The notes under the pieces: model-generated | Told to the model about the DNA's origin: nothing | Seen by the model: the letters and a program-made list of their open reading frames with translations, nothing else | The model's database searches: none | Translations under genes and position numbers: made by a program | In this document: one piece after another, positions 12,024 through 24,221 of the stretch | How the letters are laid out: every line of letters begins with the position of its first letter | How positions within the stretch are numbered: position 1 is the first letter of the stretch | Source: Basidiobolus ranarum | Taxonomy: Eukaryota | Length of the DNA: 61,419 nucleotides | Assembly: GCA_040143965.1 (NCBI GenBank) | Contig: JASJQH010000006.1 | Location: 1 to 61,419 of the forward strand | Direction of reading: 5' to 3'

Positions 12024-14249
12024 ATGAGCGCTTTTTTCAATCGCTCCGCGTCAAACATGCGCTCTTTCATGCGCATAAATCCTTTCAGCAGGCCTTTAAA
12101 TTCAAAGAACTTATTTAATGACCTACGCCTTTCCTCTAATATTCGTCAAAAACGGTTCAATTCTGATAAACCTGGAAAAGAAACCAAACCTGAAGAGCCT
12201 GGTTTTATTCCAAAAGGCTTCGAAGGGTTTTTCGGGAGATCTGGAAAGGCTGCAGCTGAGGCCAAAAATGTCAAAGAAGGTGGAAGTAAAATTCCTCCAG
12301 GTGGACCTAAACCTCCTGAAGGCCCACAAAATTTCTTCAACAGCAACAATATGGTTCCCATCGCCGTCTCTGCATATGTAATCTACTCACTTACTTCCCC
12401 CAAGGGTAACGTCAAAGAAGTTACTTGGCAGGAGTTCCGAAGCAATTATCTAGATCGCGGTCTGGTGCAGAAATTAACTGTTATTAACAAAAACCATGTC
12501 CGTGTTCAACTTGTACATAGCGGTAGCCAAACGGGTAACGAAGCCGTTCATCCTGGCGGTGAAATGATATTTAATATTGGATCTATCGATTCTTTCGAGA
12601 AAAAATTAGAAGATGCACAGAATGAGTTAGGAATTCCCTCTAATGAAAGAATCCCTGTTGCCTATCACGACGAGGTCAGCGTGTTTGGAACTCTTTTGCA
12701 CTTTGCTCCTACCCTTCTCTTAATCGGTATGATATACTACATGACTCGCCGGGCCGGTGGTGCTGGTGGCCCTCAAGGCATGTTTGGAATTGGCAAATCA
12801 AAGGCCAAGCTCTTCAATCATGAAACCGATATCAGAGTGAAGTTCAAGGATGTTGCCGGTATGGACGAAGCTAAAGAAGAGATCATGGAGTTTGTCAAGT
12901 TCCTCAAAGATCCTAAAGTTTATGAAAGACTGGGCGCCAAAATCCCCAAAGGAGCTATTCTTAGTGGACCTCCTGGTACCGGTAAAACTCTTCTAGCTAA
13001 AGCCACAGCTGGTGAAGCTGGAGTACCATTCCTTAGTGTCTCCGGTTCCGAATTTGTAGAGATGTTCGTTGGTGTCGGACCCTCCCGTGTTCGTGATCTA
13101 TTTGCCACCGCTAAGAAAAATGCACCCTGTATTATCTTCGTAGATGAAATTGATGCCATTGGTAAGGCTCGTGGCAAGGGCGGTCAATTTGGTGGTAACG
13201 ACGAACGTGAAAGTACCCTTAACCAGCTTTTGGTAGAGATGGACGGGTTCAACTCTCACGAGCACGTCGTTGTCCTTGCCGGTACCAATAGACCTGATGT
13301 CTTGGATCCTGCTCTAATGCGCCCGGGTCGTTTCGATCGTCATATTTCCATAGATAGACCTGATATCCAGGGTCGTAGCGCTATATTCAAGGTTCACTTG
13401 AAGCCCATCAAAACCACAGTAGATCTTGAGAAGCTTGCCAACAAGATGGCCGCTCTCACTCCTGGTTTTTCAGGCGCAGACATATCTAATGTTTGTAATG
13501 AAGCCGCTTTAATCGCTGCTCGTCGCTTAAAAACTGAGGTGACTGAGGAAGACTTTGAATCTGCTATAGAAAGAGTTATTGCTGGTTTAGAGAAGAAGTC
13601 ACGTGTCCTCTCCCCAGAAGAGAAGAAGACAGTTGCCTATCATGAAGCAGGTCATGCTGTAGCCGGTTGGTACTTGAAACATGCGGATCCTCTTCTAAAG
13701 GTGTCGATCATTCCCCGCGGTGTTGGTGCTCTCGGATACGCCCAATATTTGCCCAAAGACCAATATCTATACTCTGTAGATCAACTTCTCGATAGAATGT
13801 GTATGACACTTGGTGGTCGTGTTTCGGAGCAGATCTTCTTCAGCACCATTACCACTGGTGCTCAAGATGATCTTCAGAAAGTTACCAAAATGGCTTATGC
13901 ACAAATTACCACTTATGGTATGAACGAAGTGGTTGGTAATATCAGCTATCATTCACCTAATGATGACCAGCAATTCCAAAAGCCCTACTCTGAGGAAACC
14001 GGACGCATCATTGATCATGAAGCTCGTAAGATGATAGCCGAGGCCTACGATAGAACCCATAAATTGCTTACCGACAAGAAGGCTGATGTTGAGAAGGTTG
14101 CGCAACTTTTGTTGAAGAAGGAGGTATTGAATCGTGAGGACATGGTTCATCTTCTTGGTAAAAGACCATTCGCCGAGAAGACACAATATGAAGATTTTGT
14201 CATGCCTAACATCTCATCCTCAATTGACGTTGACCCAGCATCCAAATAA
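12024..14249 (+). CDS. AFG3: Mitochondrial m-AAA protease subunit (AFG3/YTA12, FtsH family)
   Basis: Arg/Ser-rich targeting peptide, two TM segments, Walker A GPPGTGKT, Walker B IIFVDEID and HEAGH zinc motif. Confidence 0.96.
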   Translation: MSAFFNRSASNMRSFMRINPFSRPLNSKNLFNDLRLSSNIRQKRFNSDKPGKETKPEEPGFIPKGFEGFFGRSGKAAAEAKNVKEGGSKIPPGGPKPPEGPQNFFNSNNMVPIAVSAYVIYSLTSPKGNVKEVTWQEFRSNYLDRGLVQKLTVINKNHVRVQLVHSGSQTGNEAVHPGGEMIFNIGSIDSFEKKLEDAQNELGIPSNERIPVAYHDEVSVFGTLLHFAPTLLLIGMIYYMTRRAGGAGGPQGMFGIGKSKAKLFNHETDIRVKFKDVAGMDEAKEEIMEFVKFLKDPKVYERLGAKIPKGAILSGPPGTGKTLLAKATAGEAGVPFLSVSGSEFVEMFVGVGPSRVRDLFATAKKNAPCIIFVDEIDAIGKARGKGGQFGGNDERESTLNQLLVEMDGFNSHEHVVVLAGTNRPDVLDPALMRPGRFDRHISIDRPDIQGRSAIFKVHLKPIKTTVDLEKLANKMAALTPGFSGADISNVCNEAALIAARRLKTEVTEEDFESAIERVIAGLEKKSRVLSPEEKKTVAYHEAGHAVAGWYLKHADPLLKVSIIPRGVGALGYAQYLPKDQYLYSVDQLLDRMCMTLGGRVSEQIFFSTITTGAQDDLQKVTKMAYAQITTYGMNEVVGNISYHSPNDDQQFQKPYSEETGRIIDHEARKMIAEAYDRTHKLLTDKKADVEKVAQLLLKKEVLNREDMVHLLGKRPFAEKTQYEDFVMPNISSSIDVDPASK

Positions 14250-14754
14250 TTTTTACCAAATATTGAACATTAAAACATCATTTATTGCATCCAACCTCAC
14301 TAAGCCCCATTATCTTTTTCTTGGCACGAGAGCAGCAGCTGAAGCAGCCAAATACATTCATAATCTGTTCGGACTATGGCACATAATGAGTCACCTACAC
14401 TATTATTAGATATATATATTAATAGTTCGTTTAATTTTGGATCTGTATTAATAATCATTTAATTAAGAGGTGTACGAAGTGATCCCAACTGCCAGAACCA
14501 TTAAAATCCCCGGCAATTGAAAGGCTTCAGTTATTATACCACGTTTAACCATTTGCTCTCAAGTGAGTAGCTCAAGAGAAAAACTTGCCAAAAGCAACTT
14601 GACCGGATCGGATGATCAAGGCTTGATGACACCATGGCTTCAAAGTTACTGATCACCATATTTAGCCTGGGTCATTTAATAAGATTCGCTAATTGAGTCG
14701 AAATATGGGATATATAAGTGCATGTATATATGTGCATGTACAATAAATAAATTT

Positions 14755-15172
14755 CTTGGCATTCACCGTGGGTGATGTGGGTGAGATAAGATGTCTTATC
14801 AATGCTTTGCTGTCATCATGGGCCAAATCTCGATCAAATTACCTCCCAATGCTTGACTCGCTTCTCACAGGTGAGTTGACGAGTACTAGCTACACAACGG
14901 GTTGGTTCGGGCTTTCCACCAGTACAACTTACTCAAGTACAGAACTCAACGCTAGTATAAAAAAGTTGTCTTGGAGTGGATTTCTAATCTATCATATAAT
15001 AGTGTTGTATAAATCAAATGGACTGGATTTCTATATTCTGCTTATTGGGTACATTGAGGGATGCTACAATGGCTCGAATTCATTGGCTAAGTGAAATCAT
15101 GTTAAACTGGAGGGCTGTGCCAAGCCTAATAATAGTTCCTAGAAGTTTCTAAGGAATTTTTGAGGTCTTGGC
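14755..15172. promoter_or_regulatory. Cluster of PacC/Rim101 sites (GCCARG) upstream of pacC
   Basis: CTTGGCA at 14755-14761, TGCCAAG at 15118-15124 and CTTGGC at 15167-15172; a further CTTGGCA at 14320-14326. Confidence 0.55.
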
Positions 15173-15378
15173 TAACTTTCGATTATATTGATGCTCAATC
15201 TGTATATCTTAAATATCCTAAAACATTTTGTCCCTTGTTTTCCTTCTTCTAAACGGTTTCCAAGACTTTCACTTGATATATACTATTAACTTTCAAGACT
15301 ACTATTCTACTGTTACAAGGGCCCTACTTATTCGTAACTCAATCTTCTTATTCTTACCCGTACCCTTACCCTTGAACT

Positions 15379-17634
15379 ATGTCAGACTCAACTACTACCG
15401 AGTCTAATTCCACTGAAGTTCTCACTTGCCAGTGGAAAGACTGTTCAAAAACCTACCCTGATCCTGAAGCACTATTTACACATTTAACAGAGCAGCATGT
15501 TGGTCGTAAATCCACCAACAATTTGTGTTTAGATTGCCATTGGGGAGACTGCACAATCAAAACGGTTAAAAGAGATCATATTACATCACATATTAGAGTT
15601 CATGTTCCCCTCAAACCATTCCCCTGCAAGGTAAAGAAAACTTCACTGTTAATATGCTAAAAATTTCCTCTAACTTTAGTTATATAGGATTGTGATAAAG
15701 CATTCAAACGTCGTCAGGACTTGAAGAAGCATGAAAAAACTCACGAGTCTCCTGAGGAGCGCAAAAAATCCTTACAAATACCTGAAACGAAAACTACTCG
15801 TCATCGTAGAACTAGTTCTGCCTCTTCTATGGGTTCTTCACCAGGATATGTGCCAGTCTCACCAGGTAGTACTGCTCCCGAGTCGAGTGATGGCCTTGTT
15901 CCAGGTATGCACTTTATCCTCTATAATATATACATATATATGTCTGACAGTTCTATCTTATAAGCTTTCTCGCCGAATTCCGAACTCTCGGATAATTTCG
16001 ATCTCGCAACTCCTATCATGAACTTAACTTCAGACGATTTTGTTGATGTTAAGACCGACAAAAATGAGAGCTTCACATTTGATAATAATGGATTAACAAA
16101 CCAACAGACTCAAAATGGTAATGAAGTAACTCCTTCAGGGAAGAAAAGGAACCATGAAGAATATGATGTCCAGAATTTCTTTAACGATGTCAAAAAACAG
16201 AAACTTCCTATTGAATATAATACCGGTATGCTCAATGCTATACACAATTTATCATGAATTCAGACTTATAAATCATTTGTGTTAGGTATGGCGAACATGT
16301 TGGACAACATTGGAAAGTTCATCTTTGACGATAGCACCGAGTTATTAAATCATCAAGATGACCACGATAAAGAACAGCTTCTAAACTTCTTTGAGGCACT
16401 CAAGGGACAAATTGATCCCGGTACAAATAACGCATTTAACTCGGATTATCAAATGAATGTCGCACAAGAGTTTTCATTAGATTTTTTCAATACTGAGCCT
16501 TTGAATAGTATCACAAACATCAATCTTCCTGATGTGTCTCCTGCGCAACAAGCACCTGTTGACTTCACGTTTCATCCCTCCCCTCTGGACAATCAATACT
16601 CTGTTCCATTTGTGGACAATAATATGTACGCAGCCTCTACACTTTATCCTTCCGCAGATGGCTTTGGTCAGAGCTTTAATACATGCTCCGAGTTCGATAT
16701 TATGCAATTACCTGACGAGCTCAATTCATCCAGTAATTTCTTCCCTCACATCTCAGTAGCTCAACAAACTGAGATTTCTTTCGGCATACAAAATTGTGGC
16801 GATATTGGTTCTATTCCTGTGGATAATTCGTCCAATATGCTCTACCCCTATCTTGATCCCAGTGCCCAACAGCTTTATGACTCAACACTGGAACAAGCAC
16901 CACCTGTGATGGATCAAGAATATGTTCATCCGGTCATTTCACAAGTCAGAAAAACCAGTGTGAATCGCCAATATGAACCAAGTGCTCCTAGACTTGATTA
17001 CAACATGCCACACTACACATCGATCTCGATGTTTTCTCAGATGAGTGCACCTGGGGAAAAACGCCGCACTTCGGACACATCAAACAACAAATCTCAAGCC
17101 TCAGCTACCACGGCACTATTAGATGATCATAACAAAGAACATTTAGCCTGTACTGATACACCTGTTCAGCGAGGAGCCAAGTTCACATCATCAGTCAAGT
17201 CGGGCGATATCAACTCTGTTCAAAATCAGCATAACTCGTCCATTCAACAAGAGAAATCACCGAAATTCACCAACAAGCATCCTGAAGGACCCACCACTAG
17301 AGCTAGGCTTCAATCCTTGCCCCATAATGAGGCTCTTTCATCTACCCGCAAGAATATTACTCATGCCAGTGATTCTAATCGTAATGCTGAGAACACCATG
17401 AAGAGTCTGAAGTTAGTGGCGGCTGATCAGAAGAGGGCTGGCCACTTCAAACTTGTCGACATGATCATTCAAAAACTCAAATCCACTAACGACAAAGACT
17501 CTCAAGCACAAGTGCTTCCAGTGCAAAACCCATCGAGTAACAAGCAACTAGCTGACGATGAGGATTCATCTGATCTTATGGAAAAACTCCAAGCTAGGTT
17601 AGAGGCTATCCGACTGGGAGGAAAATCAGCGTAG
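15379..17634 (+). CDS. pacC: pH-response C2H2 transcription factor PacC/Rim101; introns ~15631-15688, 15905-15964, 16226-16286
   Basis: '[64 protein letters not shown]' closely matches the PacC three-finger region. A YPYL motif is present. Confidence 0.93.
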
Positions 17635-18013
17635 TGGTACGGTGTTAAGACTGACGATCCAACGTCTATAATCTCTTCATGTTGATGTGTAATTATACTT
17701 TATTTTTGCCACACTATTAGCTACTGAATATATGGCATTTGCTACAGTGAAAGCTTTGAATGTATTCAATATCCATCATTTCACTAACTTATAGCGATCT
17801 CTTGCTTATGACATCGTTTGTAAGACCATTGCTACACCTATTTTACTATCAGTCTTTCCACTTGCTATCAGTACCATATAACTACTACGTATCACTGATC
17901 ATCACTTTATATACGAGATTTCTCCTCCAAAATGAATGCTCATTGTAATTAACCTCCTACGTGTATTCCTTCATTTTATTTTGAATTAAATCGATCCGTT
18001 CCGATACTAAAAA

Positions 18014-18733
18014 TTACATGGTGGCTTTCCAACCTAATTTCTTTTCAACTCGATGTCTCACTGAATCTCTCCATTCGTTTTCTAATATCGAATAATCCCA
18101 GGAATTCAACCATGTGTTTTCATTCAATCGAATAGCCTCTCTGCGTACACTCTCTACAGGTACACCACATAGCTTCTCCATCCAACCACGCATACCTTCG
18201 TTAGGTTCAGTGGTTTGTATAATGAGTCGATGCATGTGCAATACTTCAAAAGAGTACCATAGTGTTAAGTAAAGCACCTCTGTGGCATATCCTTTTCTTT
18301 GATAGGGATGGTCGAGAATAACTCCCATACAAGTCTCCATATCATGATAACGGACATAGTTTAGACCTCCAAAACCTATTATGTCTTGTCTATCTGTGGT
18401 GTCTTCTAGGTTCTCAAACACCTTTAGTAATTTAATACCTTCGGGGTCGGTGGGATCTGTTTCTGGCTCGATAGGTTCCTTACGCTCAAAAATATGGAAG
18501 GTCGCCCGCTCCGAGCGTGCTTGCTCTTCTATTTGATTCTTAAGACGGGCACGTACCTCGGGAATGGTCCAACCGGTAGGTTCATGGGACATGAAACGGA
18601 GATGCTTCATAGTACGCACATCAGAAATTATTTCCCGAATTCTTTCTTCGTCCTTCTCCAAAGGCATACGAAGTATTAAACGTGGAGTAGTCAAAGTCAA
18701 ATCAACCGGTATCTTTGTATTATTAGTAGTCAT
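18014..18733 (-). CDS. GNAT N-acetyltransferase, RimJ/RimL-like
   Basis: 'LTTPRLILR', acetyl-CoA motif 'ILDHPYQRKGYATE' and 'FEVLHMHRL...N.GMR'. Confidence 0.88.
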   Translation of the reverse strand: MTTNNTKIPVDLTLTTPRLILRMPLEKDEERIREIISDVRTMKHLRFMSHEPTGWTIPEVRARLKNQIEEQARSERATFHIFERKEPIEPETDPTDPEGIKLLKVFENLEDTTDRQDIIGFGGLNYVRYHDMETCMGVILDHPYQRKGYATEVLYLTLWYSFEVLHMHRLIIQTTEPNEGMRGWMEKLCGVPVESVRREAIRLNENTWLNSWDYSILENEWRDSVRHRVEKKLGWKATM

Positions 18734-19127
18734 ATTGTCACACGCTCTGCTTCACCAAGACTTGTGCTCTCATTTTTATGATGTGCTTAAATCATTTAGT
18801 CAGTATTCCTTGTCGGATTTTTTCGGAAAATAATTTTTTTAGTCTGCTCTATTCTTGGGATAAGTTCCCACAGTGAAAGTCCATATTAAATTTGTCACAC
18901 AATTCTAGTGTAAAACAGGCATGGCGAGAACATTTTGCATATTAATTCAACAAATACCAGTTGCTTCTAACATTAGGTCTGGGAAATATTTGGCCGTTTA
19001 CCCATTACCCTGTCCACTAGAAGTTAACCAAATCTCTGGAATTACTGAAGAATAAATCAAATTAACGTAAATTGGTGTTATTTACTTCTATTTATAGATT
19101 TGGACTATGAAATATACATCACTACTA

Positions 19128-20455
19128 TTAGTCTTCAAGTTTGTTCTTTGAAGCTGCTTTACGAGCCAAGTATCTGGCTTTTGCGTCAGAAACAGTTTGT
19201 TCTGTTGAAGTTCGTACCATTTTACTGGCAATTTCTTCCAATCTCGCCTGTTCCTTTTCCTTCTTTTTAAGCTCAGTTATTCTAATTTGCTCTTCAATTT
19301 CCTTAGAAAGACGTAATCTTTCATCATCACGACGTCCAGCACGATGATCTTTGGAATGACGGGAGCGTCCGTCATGGCGTCTATCGTCGTATCTACTGTT
19401 ACGATCCCGTTCATCCTCACCCGATGGTCTCTTAGGCTTGGATTTTACATTTAGGCCAGCAGATAAAAGTTGACGCTTATCAACAATTTGATTGTCATCG
19501 TTCAGAACAATGTTTCTTCCACTTGCAACAGCTTTGGCTATCTCTTTGGTAATCTCATCTGTACTCTCCTCGATTTGGTCGTTGTTTGTTGGTTTCTTGG
19601 GTTTCTCGGTATACTCTAAACTCACTTTAATCGCTTCTTCGTGACTAGCTGTTGTTTTGTCCAATATATTTCGATAAAATCCAGTAAGATCCTTTTTGGT
19701 CATAACATCCTCATCGGCTGCAAACAAAAAAAGGAGTAAGCATATTATTATTTATATAGTATTCGTTATCGTTTAAGCTTAAACTTACCAGCACGTTTCC
19801 TCTCTTCTTCTTCCCATTTTTTCAAATCCTCTTGTTGTTGTTTGTAACTGAAAAGTTGAAGAAAAACATGGTTATATAAGAAGAGTTCAATTCAAATAGA
19901 GAAAGAACGAAAGTAACATACGCGCTTGTCACGAATTTGTCTTTATCCGCAAACTCATCTCCTTCGTTTTCACGTTCATGTTGAATCATACGCTCTTCTG
20001 CACGAAGGAGATCTCTTTTACGAACTTCTGCACTTCGTAAAAGTCCTTCTATGTACCGTGGCTTAAATAACAGGGTTTTAGTAAATACGCAAAAAAATTA
20101 TAGATGATGTAATCAATACCTTTTTGGTGTCATTTCCTCTTTTTCCTCGAATTTCTTCTTGGCGTTTGCGCTCTACGCCTTTCATCTCATCATATACACC
20201 GTCATAATCGAACACTGAGGAATCGATCTCTAAGGCCTCTTCCTGTTGCTTTTTTGTTTTCTTACTCTCGAAATTGATGGTTCGACTCAATTCTTTGTTT
20301 ATCACCGCAACATTTGAGGTAGCCACGTCGTCCTCTTCATCATCATTACCAAATATAGAGGATTTAATTGGAACCTTTGAGGTTTTCGGTTTCTTGGATT
20401 GAATGTTTAGTCCATATTGTAGTGGCTTCTTCTCTACAGGTTTGAATTTATTCAT
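19128..20455 (-). CDS. NSRP1: Nuclear speckle splicing regulatory protein 1 / CCDC55 (DUF2040) homolog, 4 exons
   Basis: 'ALEIDSSVFDYDGVYDEMK', 'PRYIEGLLRSAEVRKRD...ERENEGDEFADKDKFVTSAYKQQ' and C-terminal 'DAKARYLARK'. Confidence 0.88.
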
Positions 20456-21007
20456 GTTGAGTATCTTTGCGAGACAACCAGGTATTCATTTCAGACTACC
20501 TTACATTCAATCCAAGCGGATTTGTCATCTGAATCAAGTTGATGAGTAAAACGTCAATAACTAGTTTGTTTAACTGTAAACCAAATCCATATAATCCCAA
20601 GATGATATTAGTCCAATCACACATTTGTCGGCTAACTCTTGGTAGCTTTTCTGGCCAATGAATAACTTAACAAAGATGATTAATACCAGTTACTTTAGAT
20701 AACAAATAATCCGGAAAAAAAAAGAAAAAAAAATCGAAAATGATGGAAATTGAATTTCTTTTCACTAATACTCGTTTAGCATAGATCCTCTTTCGCCCCT
20801 TTTTTTTTCGAATTTGGTTGAGTTCCACTCTTCTATTCCTCGTTTTCAAACACCTCCTCGACGAATAGTTCCCTATTTTCATTCGAGTTATCGTTTTCTC
20901 ATTTCCTCTCCCCTTCTCGAAGTTAGACACGCTGTCTTTCCATTTACCAACGACCACGAAAACTCACCCAATTCAGCGGTATACTTGAATTTTTCGATCG
21001 TCCTTTG

Positions 21008-22252
21008 ATGTCCAACCCAACCAACGTTATGTCATATCACGAGAATTTTAACCCTAATGAAGCAGTCGCTCGCTTTGCTAGACTCAGCATCGACCCTTTA
21101 AACCGTCATCAGTTTTCCCCAAATGAGGAACCTAAATCAGAAGGTAGTCCTCTTTCAAATAGTGGAGCTTCTCAATCACTCTTCGAAAAGCATGCACCTT
21201 TTAATCTTCCCGAAAAACCTGTTTCAGTTTCCTCTTCCGAGAATCCCAGTACAGAAGAAAATAAGGTATTTGATTCTCAACTCACTCTTAGAGCATTGGT
21301 CTCGACCAAAGAGGCAGGAGTTATCATTGGTAAAGCTGGTAAAAATGTTGCTGAATTAAGAGAGATTACTGGTGTGAAAGCTGGAGTCTCTAAAGTCGTG
21401 CAAGGTGTTCACGATAGAGTTTTATCTGTTACTGGTTCTCTTGATGGTGTTGCTCAAGCTTACTCTATGATTGCCCAAACCATGCTCGAAAACCCCATTA
21501 CCACTAGTCCTCCTACCACTCCTGTTTCTCCTGTTAAACCCACCACCACAGGATCCGCTTCTATCCGTCTTTTGATCTCTCACAACTTGATGGGTACCAT
21601 CATTGGTCGCCAAGGTATCAAAATCAAGCAAATTCAAGATATTTCCGGGGTTAGAATGGTTGCTTCTAAGGAGATGCTTCCCCAAAGCACAGAACGAATT
21701 GTCGAGGTACAAGGTTCTGTGGAGGCTATCAAGGTTGCCGTTTGGGAAATCGGCAAGTGCTTGATTGAAGACTGGGAGCGTGGTGTAGGTACCGTGTTAT
21801 ATAATCCTGCAGTTAGACTTAATACCAGCTATGCTCGCCACCCCGAACATGGCGCTAGACGTGAATATACTAGAACTGGCAATGGTAGTGATTTTAGCCG
21901 CCCCTTAGCCGATGGACGTAATACCAATGATACCCATATGGCCAACAATCGACCAGCCTTCCCTAACAATGTCAATATGACCACTCAACAAATCTCCATT
22001 CCCAGTGACATGGTTGGTTGCATCATTGGAAAGGGTGGATCCAAAATTTCGGAGATTCGTCGTCTCTCTGGCTCGAGAATTAGCATTGCTAAGGTTCCTC
22101 ACAACGAGACTGGTGAAAGAATGTTTACCATCATCGGCACTCCCGAATCCAACGAAAAGGCCTTGTTTTTGTTGTACAGTCAATTAGAAGCAGAAAAAGA
22201 AAAGCGCATCAATGCTGTGGCTCCTAATGGCGAGGAAGCACCTGCCATGTAA
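21008..22252 (+). CDS. Triple-KH-domain RNA-binding protein (Rnc1/Hek2/Pbp2, PCBP/hnRNP K family)
   Basis: Three KH GxxG loops (IIGKAG, IIGRQG, IIGKGG), plus 'MVASKEMLPQSTERIVEVQG' and 'GERMFTIIG...NEKALFLLY'. Confidence 0.93.
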   Translation: MSNPTNVMSYHENFNPNEAVARFARLSIDPLNRHQFSPNEEPKSEGSPLSNSGASQSLFEKHAPFNLPEKPVSVSSSENPSTEENKVFDSQLTLRALVSTKEAGVIIGKAGKNVAELREITGVKAGVSKVVQGVHDRVLSVTGSLDGVAQAYSMIAQTMLENPITTSPPTTPVSPVKPTTTGSASIRLLISHNLMGTIIGRQGIKIKQIQDISGVRMVASKEMLPQSTERIVEVQGSVEAIKVAVWEIGKCLIEDWERGVGTVLYNPAVRLNTSYARHPEHGARREYTRTGNGSDFSRPLADGRNTNDTHMANNRPAFPNNVNMTTQQISIPSDMVGCIIGKGGSKISEIRRLSGSRISIAKVPHNETGERMFTIIGTPESNEKALFLLYSQLEAEKEKRINAVAPNGEEAPAM

Positions 22253-22425
22253 AAGTGTCTTTGCGTCTCTACTTTTAGACTCCCTTTTCTCCATACTTCT
22301 GTTCATTCCTAGCGTTTCGATACTTGTATCTCTGACATTTTTCAATCTTCTCTTTATATAATACTTTTCTCCTTTGCTCGTTCAATAAATAAGAAGAAAC
22401 AGACACTAATCAAATCGCTTAAAAA

Positions 22426-22490
22426 TCCCCTTCCCACCCTTCCCCTTCTCTTTCCCCTTCCTCTTCTCCTTCCCTTTTCACTCCCCTCTC
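22426..22490 (+). repeat. C-rich polypyrimidine tract downstream of the KH gene
   Basis: 65 nt with only two purines, made of CCCCTT/CCCTT units. Confidence 0.8.
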
Positions 22491-22689
22491 ACGTAACAAA
22501 TTGAAGATGTAAAGTTTTCTTAGTTGTATAAGAGCTTTTTCAAAAAGCCCATTGAGTATTTTCCCTTTAGGTTATCTTTCTCTAAATTCCCTTAGTCAAT
22601 TTACCTCGAAATATTAATATTACATTAAATTCGACAAAGCCACCTTCTACATAAATAAATTACTTTTTACATTGAATTTATTCATCCAG

Positions 22690-23533
22690 TTACACCACTT
22701 TTTCATACAGAGACAAAGCATGTAAAATAGAAGGGTCCTTTTTGGAGCCATTCCTAAATTCGTCGATAGTCAAGACACCATCATGATTCTACAGGAGATG
22801 AGGGTTAATATAGTAGTAAGGCTAGAGAAGAGTGACATAGGTGAACTAACCAGATCCATTTGTGCGAATATCTTATCTACTCGCTTTTGAGGAGTATCTT
22901 CATCTTCGGGGAGTTTCACCAACTGACCTACCATCTTATAGATAGCCTGAACAATACTTAACATCTCCTGATGGGTAATTACCCCATCATTATCGATATC
23001 ATAGAGTTGAAAAGCCCCTAGATTCAATATATAAGTTGAATTGAATTTTATCCTAACAACGATCAGATCTCCAAATCCACTTACAATCTAGTCTCTCATC
23101 TGGGTTTCCTCGAGAGGTTATGGAGAGTGCAGTTATGTATTCTTGAAAGTCAATGGTACCATTCTTATTCGTATCAAATACTGAGAATACGTATTCAACA
23201 AAGATGCTGGGATCTCCAAAGGGAAAGAATTGCTTGTAGATTTTTTTAAATGATTCCTTATCCAAATTGCCATTAGGACAACCTTTGACGAAGTCTTTAT
23301 ACCTTGAAATGAAATCCATGTGAGTATGTATGTATGGTGGAGTGCGGGTGAAGTGGTAGAATTCATGAAAATTTTCTTGTTTACCAACGCTGAAGTTCTT
23401 TTTTGTTAACTGAGTTAAAGGGAATATTAGTCACGATATGTAATCATATTAAAGGTTCTAAATACTTACAATATGTGGAGTCTGAAAGCTCTCTCAGTTG
23501 CCCAGGACTCAATTTACTGGATTTCTGACCCAT
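22690..23533 (-). CDS. NCS1: Neuronal calcium sensor-1 / frequenin, 5 exons
   Basis: Myristoylation-type start 'MGQKSSKLS', '[11 protein letters not shown]', EF-hands [24 protein letters not shown] and [12 protein letters not shown], and '[16 protein letters not shown]'. Confidence 0.95.
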
Positions 23534-24221
23534 GGATAAGGAGTAGAGGGAAGGGAAGAGAAGAGAAGATAATAGAAAGGGAGTTGATGTTCCTAATTGC
23601 TATCTTAGTTACATTTTATAGTGGGAATTTTCCAGCGAAACTTTATCGGATTTACATGAGAGTAATGAACACGATATTGGTTCATTCCGCCAAGCCTAAT
23701 ATACATCCTAATGGAGATAGTGTACTGTAGAAATTCTATGGTTTCATTCAAGATTTAATGATGTTCAACCGTTAACCCGACATGCAGATAATGTGGAATA
23801 AAAAGGTTAAGCAAAACAAGCATGCTTTTGTAACACTTATTTCGTCAGCCATATTCCCATCTTTGGTAATGGAATTGATATCAATATTAAATTGCGCTAC
23901 ATAGATGCATGGCAGCATGGAGTAAAGATCGCAGTAGAGTGTTTATAACGCTTGGGAATTTTATTAAGGAAGGTTGAATCACTATTTGTTCACCCAATAC
24001 ACCTAATACAAATAAAGTCGAATCTAATATACGAACTTCGAAGGAATTACTTCCAAACCTATTGAATGCAAACTTTACATATGGCGGGGGGTGGAAGTTA
24101 TATGACGAAGGTTTTTATATTTAAAAGGATACAAAGTGTGGGTGTGAATGTGGTGAAAATGGGGGGGGGGTAAGATACGAGTAATGGTAATGGTAAGGGT
24201 AAAGACAAGGGTAAAGATTTG

